A stretch of 64,000 nucleotides of DNA, taken from the NCBI GenBank assembly GCA_036375215.1, contig DASUSH010000094.1:1314-65313 (forward strand), given 5' to 3'. A program made the position numbers and the translations under genes. Shown one piece after another: positions 53,183 through 60,767 of the stretch. The notes under the pieces are model-generated. The model was not told the origin of the DNA, made no database searches, and saw only the letters and a list, made by a program, of their open reading frames with translations. Position 1 is the stretch's first letter; each line of letters opens with the position of its first letter. This DNA is from Solirubrobacterales bacterium. Its GTDB lineage: Bacteria; Actinomycetota; Thermoleophilia; Solirubrobacterales; 70-9.

Positions 53183-55770
53183 CCCTGGTCCCTCTCCCTG
53201 ACCGTCTCGCAGCCGCGGACGCGGTCACCGCGGTCGACGACCGCGACGTCCTCGCCCCGCCCGCAGCTGACCGCGTCCGCGCCGGGGCCACCGGTGAGCC
53301 GGTCGTTGCCGGCCAGGCCGCTCAGCCCGTCGTCGCCGCGCCCGCCCGCGATGCAGTCGTCGCCCGCCGTGCCGCGCAGCCGCTCGCCGCGGCGCGTGCC
53401 TCGCACGCAGCGCGGCGCGGGCGGCGGGCCTTGAAGCGCGTTCTCGCCGGCGGCGCCGGGTGCCGCGTTGTCGCTGGGCACGGGCGTCTCCATCTCGGGG
53501 ACGGTGGGGGCCGTCCCCTCCGGCTCCGGCAGCGCCCGGATCACGAGCACGCGCGCGGTCTCCTTCTCGGGCAGCTCGACCCCGATGCCCTCGGCGAGCT
53601 CCGCCGAGGTGGCCGTGCCGACCCGCTCGCCCGTGGGGCCCTCGAGGAGCTCGAAGGTGCGGCCCGGTGGCACGTTGCGAAGCGCGATCCGCCGCGCCGG
53701 GTCGTCCGAGCCCTGGCGGAAGGCGAGCAGCGCCCCCTCGCCGCGCTGCGGATCCCAAGGCTGGAGCGCGGTCCACCCGCGTTCGAGCGGGTCGGCGAGG
53801 AGCGGGTAGACCATGCCGCCGAGGAGCGCGCGGTGCTCGCGGTAGAAGCGGGTCCACTCCGCTGCCCGGACGACGACGTCGGCCGGGACATCGCGGAGGT
53901 CGCTGAAGAACGTGAGGTGGGACGGCAGCGCCGCCGCCATCAGCGTGTCGACCGGGTAGCGCTCCCACTGGCGCGCGCCCAGGAAGTGCTGGCCGATCGC
54001 GAAGCTCGGCACGTAGCCGCCGAGGTTCCAGAGGTTGTGCAGGAGACGGTCGGGCTCGGGCGAGCCGTTCTGGAACCAGGTCGGCCCGCGGCTCACCGAC
54101 TCGTACGGGAAGAGGCGGTAGTCGTTGGTCTCGTCGACCTGGAGCGTGACATCGGGGTGGTCCGCGCGCAGGCGGTCGAGCATCGCCATGAACTCCTCGC
54201 GGAACTCGTACGCGTCGCCCTGGCCGGCGCAGTCGAACCAGTGCAGGAAGTCGAACTTGAAGTAGCGCACGCCCCAGCTCTCGATCGCCTCGCGGATCCG
54301 TGCCTCGACGTGCGGGATCGCGTCCGGGCCCCAGGCCCCGATGCCCGCCTCGTTCGAGCCCGACTCCGGGTCGGCCGCGTTGTAGACGGCGGTCCCCTCG
54401 CCGAGCGGCGTGCAGGCCCACTCGGGATGGCGGCGGAAGGTCTCCGACGCCGGGTTGAAGTGCATTGGGCTCATCCACAGCCCGAGCTTCATCGGCGCGA
54501 TCTCCTGCCGGACCGCCTCGAAGCGCGGGTCCGGGAAGCGCGGCGCGAACTTCACCGGGTCCTCGTCGTGGCGCGGCTCCGGGTGCTCGGGCGAGTCCGG
54601 GTACCAGTCGCCGGAGATGGCCTGCCAGCCGTCGTCGAGAATGAACGTCTCGACGCCGAGGTCGCGCGCGATCGGGGCGATGCGGCGCACCGTCGCGATG
54701 TCGACGTCGTCCTTGGCCCCGGTCGAGATCGCGTTCCGGTCGGTCCCGTTCGAGTTGAACGTGACGTCGCGGTCGTAGGGCTCGAGCCGGTGCTCGGTCA
54801 GGTAGCGGTGGAACTGCCACGGCTCGTCGCCGTCGTGGTCGCCGAAGCCCGTGAAGACCGGCTCGAGCGCGAGCGGCGCACCCGGGCCGACGACCCGGAA
54901 GCGGCCGGCGGGTCCGCCGGGCAGGAGCTCCGGCAGCGGGTTCTCGACGTGCGCCTGCTCCTCGAAGGGCCCGAGCGAGGCGACGTCCCGCCCGTACTCG
55001 ACGCCGACGCCCGCCAGCTCGCCGTCGTAGACGGCCCGCGAGGACGGCGCGTCGTAGCGCTCCATCGCCATGAACAGGGTGCGCTCGCCGCGCGCGGCCG
55101 AGAGCCACTCGCCCGGCCCCGCGAGCGCCTCGCCCGATGCAGCGGAGCGGCTCTCCCGCCAGGTGCCCGGGTGGCGGTCGCCCACCGTCAACGGCGGGCC
55201 TTCGTAGCCGGGCTCGCGCCAGTCGGCGCCGCCCCGCATGGCGGTGATCGTGGGGGTGGCGGCGCCCACGGCCGCCTCGTCGAGCATCGCCGAGGTGATC
55301 GCGAGCGGCGCCGCGGACTCGATCGTGGTCTGGGTCCGGAAGCCGGCGACGCCGGGGTACGCCTCGGCGACCCGGGTAATGGTGAGCGGCGCGGGTGAGC
55401 CCGCGGCCGCGGCGGGCACGAGCGTCATCGTCACCCGCAGGCCGCCCCGCGCCAGCCGCTCGACGGCGGCGTCGCGGGCGGCGAACGCCTCGCTGCCGAT
55501 CTCGGCCGCCCCGAGGCCGAGGCTGAAATCTCGGTGACCGGCGCTCCAGGCCTCTCCCCCGCGCCGCTTGTCCACGAGCGCGGTGGTCGCGAAGGCGTCG
55601 CGGCTCCAGCTGCGCTCGACCAGGTCGTTGCCGAGCGTGACCGCCGCGGGCGTCACCTCGACGTAGACGTCGCCGTCGCGGACGGTCTCGGCGGTCGCGC
55701 CCGCCGGCGCGGAGAGCGCGAGCACGGCGGCGAACCCCAGCGCGATCCTTGCGACGGTGCCCCGCATCAC
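53179..55770 (-). CDS. Secreted alpha-galactosidase-like glycoside hydrolase (clan GH-D, GH36-like) with RTX-type Cys-bracketed C-terminal module
   Basis: 863 aa with a signal peptide (ALSAPAGATA), a GH36-N-like beta-domain and TIM-barrel motifs (FILDDGWQ..GDWYP, YFKFDFLHW). The C-terminal end carries GGxGxD nonapeptides ending CGRGED...GCETVRERDQG. Confidence 0.68.
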   Translation of the reverse strand: MMRGTVARIALGFAAVLALSAPAGATAETVRDGDVYVEVTPAAVTLGNDLVERSWSRDAFATTALVDKRRGGEAWSAGHRDFSLGLGAAEIGSEAFAARDAAVERLARGGLRVTMTLVPAAAAGSPAPLTITRVAEAYPGVAGFRTQTTIESAAPLAITSAMLDEAAVGAATPTITAMRGGADWREPGYEGPPLTVGDRHPGTWRESRSAASGEALAGPGEWLSAARGERTLFMAMERYDAPSSRAVYDGELAGVGVEYGRDVASLGPFEEQAHVENPLPELLPGGPAGRFRVVGPGAPLALEPVFTGFGDHDGDEPWQFHRYLTEHRLEPYDRDVTFNSNGTDRNAISTGAKDDVDIATVRRIAPIARDLGVETFILDDGWQAISGDWYPDSPEHPEPRHDEDPVKFAPRFPDPRFEAVRQEIAPMKLGLWMSPMHFNPASETFRRHPEWACTPLGEGTAVYNAADPESGSNEAGIGAWGPDAIPHVEARIREAIESWGVRYFKFDFLHWFDCAGQGDAYEFREEFMAMLDRLRADHPDVTLQVDETNDYRLFPYESVSRGPTWFQNGSPEPDRLLHNLWNLGGYVPSFAIGQHFLGARQWERYPVDTLMAAALPSHLTFFSDLRDVPADVVVRAAEWTRFYREHRALLGGMVYPLLADPLERGWTALQPWDPQRGEGALLAFRQGSDDPARRIALRNVPPGRTFELLEGPTGERVGTATSAELAEGIGVELPEKETARVLVIRALPEPEGTAPTVPEMETPVPSDNAAPGAAGENALQGPPPAPRCVRGTRRGERLRGTAGDDCIAGGRGDDGLSGLAGNDRLTGGPGADAVSCGRGEDVAVVDRGDRVRGCETVRERDQG

Positions 55771-55797
55771 CCCCGGAACGGAGGCGAGGCCCGAACG

Positions 55798-57099
55798 TCA
55801 CGGGTGCAGCTCGAACGCCTCCTCGCCGACCCGGACCTCGTCGCCGGGCTCGAAGCCGGCGGAGCGCAGCGCGGCGATCACGCCGATCTCGTTCAGCCGC
55901 TGTTCGACGTACGCGAGCGCCTCGTGGTTGGCGAGGTCGTGGCGGGCGAAGAGCAGCTCGACGCCCCGGCCCTCGACGCGGAAGGCGCCCTCATCCTCGC
56001 GCACGACGGTGTAGCCGCCCTCGCCGGCGGGGCGGTAGACGCGGTGCTCGGCCTCGAACTCGGGCTCCGGCGCAGCGGCCGCGGGGACGGCGGGGACGGT
56101 CCCCTCCCCGGGGACGTTGGCTGCGATCGTGCCGCGGAGCTCGTCGAGCCCGGCGCCGGTCGCGGCGGAGGTCGCGACGACGCCGGCGACCGCGTCGCCG
56201 ACGCGTTCGCGAAACTCGGCGACCGCCTCCTCGGCGCGCTCGGCGGGGACCAGGTCGGACTTGGAGAGCACGATGAGCTCCGGCAGGCGGGCGAGCCCGT
56301 GGCCGTACTCGCCGAGCTCCGACCGGACGGCGCGGTAGCGGTCGAGGGCATCATCGCCCGCCTCGGTCTCGATCGCGACGACGTGGACGAGCATCCGGCA
56401 GCGCTCGACGTGGGCGAGGAACTCGTGGCCGAGCCCGGCCCCCTCGGCGGCGCCCTCGATCAGACCGGGGATGTCGGCGAGGACGAGCTGGCGGTCCGCC
56501 AGCTCCAGTGTCCCGAGCACCGGCGAAGTGGTCGTGAACGGATAGCCGGCGACCTTCGGGGCCGCCCGCGTCAGGCGGCCTAGCAGCGACGACTTGCCCG
56601 CGTTGGGGAGCCCGACGAGGCCGGCGTCCGCGAGCAGCTTGAGCCGCAGCTCGATCCAGCCCGAGCGGCCCTCGAGCCCCCGCTCGGCGAAGCGGGGCGC
56701 CTGCCGGGTCGAGTTCGCGAAGCGCTTGTTGCCGTGCCCGCCGAGGCCGCCGGCCGCGACGATCGCGCGCTGCCCGGGCTCGACCAGGTCGAAGCGCTCA
56801 CCGTCGAGCCCGACCGCCTGGGTCCCAGGCGGGACCAGGATCAGCCGGTCCTCGCCGCGGGCGCCGTGGCGCTGCTTGCCCTGGCCGTGCACGCCCTTCG
56901 CGGCCCGATGGTGAGGCGCCCGCCGCAAGGACTCGAGATCGCGCCGCGAGGGATCGCAGACGAGCACGACGTCGCCGCCGCGGCCGCCGTCGCCGCCGTC
57001 GGGCCCGCCACGCGGAACGTGCGCTTCGCGGCGGAAGCTGACGCAGCCGTTGCCGCCGCGGCCGCCCTCGACCCAGATCTTCGCCCGATCCGCGAACAC
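55798..57099 (-). CDS. obg: GTPase Obg/CgtA
   Basis: 433 aa with a GTG start. The Obg fold reads FADRAKIWVEGGRGGNGCVSFRRE. G motifs are GLPNAGKSS, DIPG and SKSD. A C-terminal OCT/TGS-like domain follows. Confidence 0.97.
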   Translation of the reverse strand: MFADRAKIWVEGGRGGNGCVSFRREAHVPRGGPDGGDGGRGGDVVLVCDPSRRDLESLRRAPHHRAAKGVHGQGKQRHGARGEDRLILVPPGTQAVGLDGERFDLVEPGQRAIVAAGGLGGHGNKRFANSTRQAPRFAERGLEGRSGWIELRLKLLADAGLVGLPNAGKSSLLGRLTRAAPKVAGYPFTTTSPVLGTLELADRQLVLADIPGLIEGAAEGAGLGHEFLAHVERCRMLVHVVAIETEAGDDALDRYRAVRSELGEYGHGLARLPELIVLSKSDLVPAERAEEAVAEFRERVGDAVAGVVATSAATGAGLDELRGTIAANVPGEGTVPAVPAAAAPEPEFEAEHRVYRPAGEGGYTVVREDEGAFRVEGRGVELLFARHDLANHEALAYVEQRLNEIGVIAALRSAGFEPGDEVRVGEEAFELHP

Positions 57100-57108
57100 G
57101 CGCCCAAT

Positions 57109-57807
57109 CTAGGTCTGCAGGGCAGCGAACCGCGCCGCGAGGAAATCGTGCGCCACCGGGCCCGGATCGCCGGACTCGATCAGCGCGGCATAGGCGAGCT
57201 CGGCGCCGGGAAAGCCCGCCGCGTTCCAGAGCTCGCCCTCGGGCCTCGCGGTCCAGGGCCCGACGTACAGGTACGGCTCGGCGTGGTCCGCGTCGCCGGG
57301 CGAAGCGCCGTAGTTCGCGCGCTCCCCCTTCGCCTCGGCACCGGCCTCGATCGCGAGGTCGAAGTGCTCGGGCCAGAGGATCGCCGGCGACGGCTCGGCT
57401 CCGTCCGGGAGGGCGTCGCGGAAGCGCGCCAGCAGGTCGGCGGCGAAGGCGTAGAAGGCGGCGAGCGCGGCGGCGGCGTCGGGATCGATCGCCAGCGGGG
57501 TCTCGTCGGCCGGCATGCCGTCCGGGAGCAGCTCGGGGCCGAGCAGCTCGGCCCCCGCGGCGATGCTCTCGAGCGCCGCACGGCGCTCCTCCCCACCGGC
57601 CTCGAGGACCAGCTCCGCTCCCTCCACCCGCACCACGGTCCGCTCCCCGCCGAGCTCGAACGGCGGCGTCCCGAAGCCGCCGGGCGCCGGCGTCAGCGCG
57701 ATCTCGTTGTGCGGCTTGCGGGCGGGCGCGACGAGCTCCTCGGCGACCCGGTGAAGCGCGTCGCGGGTCGCGGCGAAGCCGGGCGGCAGCGGATGGAGGC
57801 TGTCCAT
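57109..57807 (-). CDS. Hypothetical protein (232 aa)
   Basis: ATG at 57807 (MDSLHPLPPGFAATRDALHRVAEELV...). The composition is protein-like and the gene ends 9 nt before the obg start. I do not recognise a family. The rest of ORF 57109..58689 is antisense junk. Confidence 0.55.
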   Translation of the reverse strand: MDSLHPLPPGFAATRDALHRVAEELVAPARKPHNEIALTPAPGGFGTPPFELGGERTVVRVEGAELVLEAGGEERRAALESIAAGAELLGPELLPDGMPADETPLAIDPDAAAALAAFYAFAADLLARFRDALPDGAEPSPAILWPEHFDLAIEAGAEAKGERANYGASPGDADHAEPYLYVGPWTARPEGELWNAAGFPGAELAYAALIESGDPGPVAHDFLAARFAALQT

Positions 57808-57882
57808 GCGGCGATTGTGGCGGGACTCGCCGCCCCGCGTCGGCCGGGTGTAACGCGGCGGGCTCGGCGGCGACACACCCGC

Positions 57883-59112
57883 ATGGAGGAGATCTCGTTC
57901 ACCGGGCTCCTGATCGTCACCGCCGTCGCCTTCGCCGCCCCCCTCGCGCTCGGCGCCGCGCCCGGCCTCCGCTTCCCCTCGGTGGTCGTCGAGATCGTCG
58001 CGGGAATCCTGATCGGTCCGAACGTCCTCGGCTGGGTCGAGCCGGACCCGGCGATCGAGGTGATCGCGGTCGTCGGGCTCGCGTTCCTGCTCTTCCTCGC
58101 CGGCCTCGAGATCGACCTCTCCCGGCTGCGCGGCCTGATCCTGCGCAACGCCGCCCTCGGGTTCGGCCTCTCGCTCGTCCTCGCCCTCGGCGCCGGCCTC
58201 GCGCTCGACGTCGCGGGCCTCGCCGGCGCCCCGCTCCTCGTCGCGATCATCCTCGTCTCGACCTCGCTCGGGATCGTCGTCCCCGTGCTGAAGGACGCCG
58301 GCCGGGCGTCCTCCGGGTTCGGCCAGCTCGTGATCGCCGCCGCGACGATCGCCGACTTCGCCGCGATCGTGCTGCTCTCGCTCCTGTTCTCGCGGGAGGC
58401 GACCGGGACGGCGACCAAGGTGCTCCTGCTCGGCAGCTTCGTGCTCCTGATCGCCGCGGTCGCCGCCGGCCTGGTCCGCGCCGAGCGATCGCCCCGGGTC
58501 TCCGGCCTCCTGCTGCGACTCCAGGACACGACCGCGCAGATCCGGGTACGAGGCGCATTCGTCCTGCTCGTCGGCTTCGCCGCGCTCGCGGAGACGCTCG
58601 GCCTCGAGACGATTCTCGGGGCCTTCGCGGCCGGCGTGATCGTCGGCGGCATCGACCGCGACGAGATGCACACCCACCCGGAGTTCCACGTCAAGCTCCA
58701 GGCGGTCGGCTACGGCGTCTTCATCCCGATCTTCTTCGTCGCCAGCGGGCTCGCCATCGATCCCGGCGCCGTCCTCGGGTCGAGCTCGGCCCTGATCGCC
58801 GTACCCGCCTTCCTGGCCTGCCTGCTCGCGGTCCGCGGCCTCCCCGCCCTGCTCTATCGCGGCCAGGCGACCCGCCGCGAGATCGCCGCCGCCGCGCTCC
58901 TGCAGGCGACCTCGCTGCCGTTCATCGTCGCCGCCACCGAGATCGGCCGCGAGCTCGGCATGCTCGGCGAGTCCGAGGCCGGCGGCCTGATCTTCGCCGG
59001 CCTGCTCTCGGTCATGGCCTTCCCCGCGGTCGCGCTCGGCCTGCTCGGTGGCGGCGAACGCGAGCCCGGTCCCGCGACGGGTCCGATCGCCCCGGCCGCC
59101 GGGGCCGGCTAG
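57883..59112 (+). CDS. Cation:proton antiporter (CPA1/CPA2, Na_H_Exchanger family)
   Basis: ATG at 57883 (MEEISFTGLLIVTAVAFAAPLA...VVVEIVAGILIGPNVLGWV). The product is 409 aa with about 11-12 TM helices. The upstream part of ORF 56734..59112 is antisense to obg. Confidence 0.85.
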   Translation: MEEISFTGLLIVTAVAFAAPLALGAAPGLRFPSVVVEIVAGILIGPNVLGWVEPDPAIEVIAVVGLAFLLFLAGLEIDLSRLRGLILRNAALGFGLSLVLALGAGLALDVAGLAGAPLLVAIILVSTSLGIVVPVLKDAGRASSGFGQLVIAAATIADFAAIVLLSLLFSREATGTATKVLLLGSFVLLIAAVAAGLVRAERSPRVSGLLLRLQDTTAQIRVRGAFVLLVGFAALAETLGLETILGAFAAGVIVGGIDRDEMHTHPEFHVKLQAVGYGVFIPIFFVASGLAIDPGAVLGSSSALIAVPAFLACLLAVRGLPALLYRGQATRREIAAAALLQATSLPFIVAATEIGRELGMLGESEAGGLIFAGLLSVMAFPAVALGLLGGGEREPGPATGPIAPAAGAG

Positions 59113-59124
59113 GCCCGGGCGGGC

Positions 59125-59376
59125 TCAGCGTCCGCGGCGCTCGCGGAAGGCCGCGATCAGGTCGTCGAGCCCCGCCGGCGGAGCGGTGCCGCCGATGCCG
59201 CGCAGGGCGGTCACGGTCTGGCGCATCTGGGCGAGGTATGCCTCGCAGCCCTCGCACTCCTCGAGGTGCGCCTCGAGCCGGACGCGCTCTTCCTCGCTCA
59301 GGCGCCGCTCGAGGTAGTCGGTGACGATCTCGACCACCTCGACGCAATCCATCTGCTCCACTTCGTAAGCGCTCAT
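59125..59376 (-). CDS. Soluble zinc-binding anti-sigma factor (ZAS, RsrA-like)
   Basis: 83 aa with no TM segment. It has the H-x3-C-x2-C motif (HLEECEGC) plus an upstream Cys (MDCVEV). It overlaps the sigma-factor gene by 4 nt. Confidence 0.8.
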   Translation of the reverse strand: MSAYEVEQMDCVEVVEIVTDYLERRLSEEERVRLEAHLEECEGCEAYLAQMRQTVTALRGIGGTAPPAGLDDLIAAFRERRGR

Positions 59377-60017
59377 GCCGGGTCCCCCACCTCGTCGAAG
59401 TGCTCCTCGAGGGCCGCTCGCACCTTCGAGCGGGCCCGGTGGAGCAGGACTCTCTGGTTGGTCTCCTCGACGTCGAGGGCGTTACGGGCCTCCTCCGAGG
59501 TGAGCCCCTGGATGTCGCGCATCACCAGCACCTCCTGCTGGCGGGGCGGCAGCTCGGCGATCGCCCGGAGCATCACGTCGCGGGCCTCGTCGGAGGCGAG
59601 CCGCTCGTCGGGCGAGCTCCACGCGACCGGCGGGCGCGCCCAGTGCCCCGGGTACTCGCCGGCCGGCCCCTGGAAGCGGTCCGCGTCGACCGCGGGCTCC
59701 TCGCCGTTGCCGCCGCGGCGCCGCAGCGAGGAGAAGGGCAGCGAGCGCGCGTCGCGCTTCCCGCGGGTCCGCGCCTTGTTGATCAGGATCTGGAAGATCC
59801 AGGTGCGCAGGGCCGAGCGACCCTCGAACCCGTCGATGCCCTCGATCACGGCGATCCAGGTGTCGCCGACGACCTCCTCGGCGACGGAGCGGCTCGAGAC
59901 GTGCGCCATCGCGAGGCGCAGGAGCCCCGGGTTCAGCTCCCCGACGAGGGCTTCGAACGCGCCGGCGTCGCCGGCGCGAAGCGCTTCGACTACCTCGGCG
60001 TCAGGACGATTCGTCAA
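59373..60017 (-). CDS. ECF-family RNA polymerase sigma-70 factor
   Basis: 214 aa. Region 2 reads [12 protein letters not shown]...[12 protein letters not shown] and region 4 reads [41 protein letters not shown]. The sigma2-sigma4 linker is unusually long (~55 aa). The TTG start at 60017 overlaps the rpmA 3' end by 17 nt. Confidence 0.88.
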   Translation of the reverse strand: MTNRPDAEVVEALRAGDAGAFEALVGELNPGLLRLAMAHVSSRSVAEEVVGDTWIAVIEGIDGFEGRSALRTWIFQILINKARTRGKRDARSLPFSSLRRRGGNGEEPAVDADRFQGPAGEYPGHWARPPVAWSSPDERLASDEARDVMLRAIAELPPRQQEVLVMRDIQGLTSEEARNALDVEETNQRVLLHRARSKVRAALEEHFDEVGDPA

Positions 60018-60255
60018 CAGAGACGACGCGGCCTCTGCGTGACCGGCTGAAGCTGACCACCCCGGGACGGGTGGCGAAGATCGTGTGGTCGCGGCCGATG
60101 CCGGTGCCGTCGCCGGAGCGGAAGCGCGTGCCCCGCTGGCGGACGATGATCTCGCCGCCGCCGACCTCCTGGCCGGCGAAGACCTTCACCCCGAGCATCT
60201 TCGGGTTCGAGTCGCGACCGTTGCGGCTCGAGCCGAGCCCCTTCTTGTGCGCCAT
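60001..60255 (-). CDS. rpmA: 50S ribosomal protein L27
   Basis: 84 aa reading [29 protein letters not shown]...GTRF..G. Confidence 0.97.
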   Translation of the reverse strand: MAHKKGLGSSRNGRDSNPKMLGVKVFAGQEVGGGEIIVRQRGTRFRSGDGTGIGRDHTIFATRPGVVSFSRSRRGRVVSVDESS

Positions 60256-60767
60256 TACTCGCTCTCCTTCTTCGCAGCGGGCTTCTTGGCAGCCGGCTTC
60301 TTGGCGGCCGGCTTCTTCGCCGCGGGCTTCTTCGCCGCGGGCTTCTTCGCGGCGGCCTTCTTCGCGGCCGGCTTCTTCGCGGGCTCCTTCTCCTCGGCCG
60401 GCTTCGCCTCCGCCTTGCTCTCGGCCGGCTTCTTCGCCGCGGGCTTGCGGGTGAGGAGCTTCACCTCCGTGACCTCGAGGCGGGTCTGGTCCTGGCGGTG
60501 GCCGGCGCGGCGCCGGTAGCCCTTCTTCGCCTTGTACTTGAAGACGGTCAGCTTCGGCCCGCGCATGTGCTTCGCGACCTTCGCCTCGACCTTGACCTTC
60601 TCGAGGTCGTCCCCGGCGGCGACCAGATCGCCGTCGCCGAGGTAGGCGACCGGGCGGAGCAGGACCTTCGCGCCCTCTTCCTCGGGCACGCGGTCGACGA
60701 CCAGCTCCGTGCCCTTCTCGACCCGGAACTGCTGGCCACCGCTTTCGACTATCGCGTAATCAGCCAT
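60255..60767 (-). CDS. rplU: 50S ribosomal protein L21 with Lys/Ala/Pro-rich C-terminal extension
   Basis: ATG at 60767 ([19 protein letters not shown]...). The L21 core (~100 aa) is followed by a tail of about 65 aa with six KPAAKK repeats. The TAA overlaps the rpmA ATG (TAATG). Confidence 0.93.
   Translation of the reverse strand: MADYAIVESGGQQFRVEKGTELVVDRVPEEEGAKVLLRPVAYLGDGDLVAAGDDLEKVKVEAKVAKHMRGPKLTVFKYKAKKGYRRRAGHRQDQTRLEVTEVKLLTRKPAAKKPAESKAEAKPAEEKEPAKKPAAKKAAAKKPAAKKPAAKKPAAKKPAAKKPAAKKESE
60271..60385 (-). repeat. 15-bp tandem coding repeat (~7 copies) encoding (K)PAAKK units of the L21 tail
   Basis: The plus strand reads GC[AG]GC[CG]GGCTTCTT[GC] reiterated (gcagcgggcttcttg, gcagccggcttcttg, gcggccggcttcttc, gccgcgggcttcttc ...). 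Confidence 0.8.

Noticed and set aside
46456-55801. Very long alternative-frame ORFs across the hydrolase island (46456..49143 +, 49413..52004 +, 49696..51759 -, 53225..55801 -, 53431..55398 +)
   Set aside because: All are Arg/Gly/Ala/Pro low-complexity translations. They overlap frames that contain specific catalytic motifs (GDVSPN, HVHTTYSHD, FILDDGW) and proper signal peptides.
60271-60385. 15-bp tandem repeat as a non-coding satellite or regulatory array
   Set aside because: It is in frame with, and continuous with, the L21 coding sequence and encodes regular PAAKK units. The opposite-strand ORFs (60071..60454, 60085..60519) are mirror-image low-complexity artefacts.
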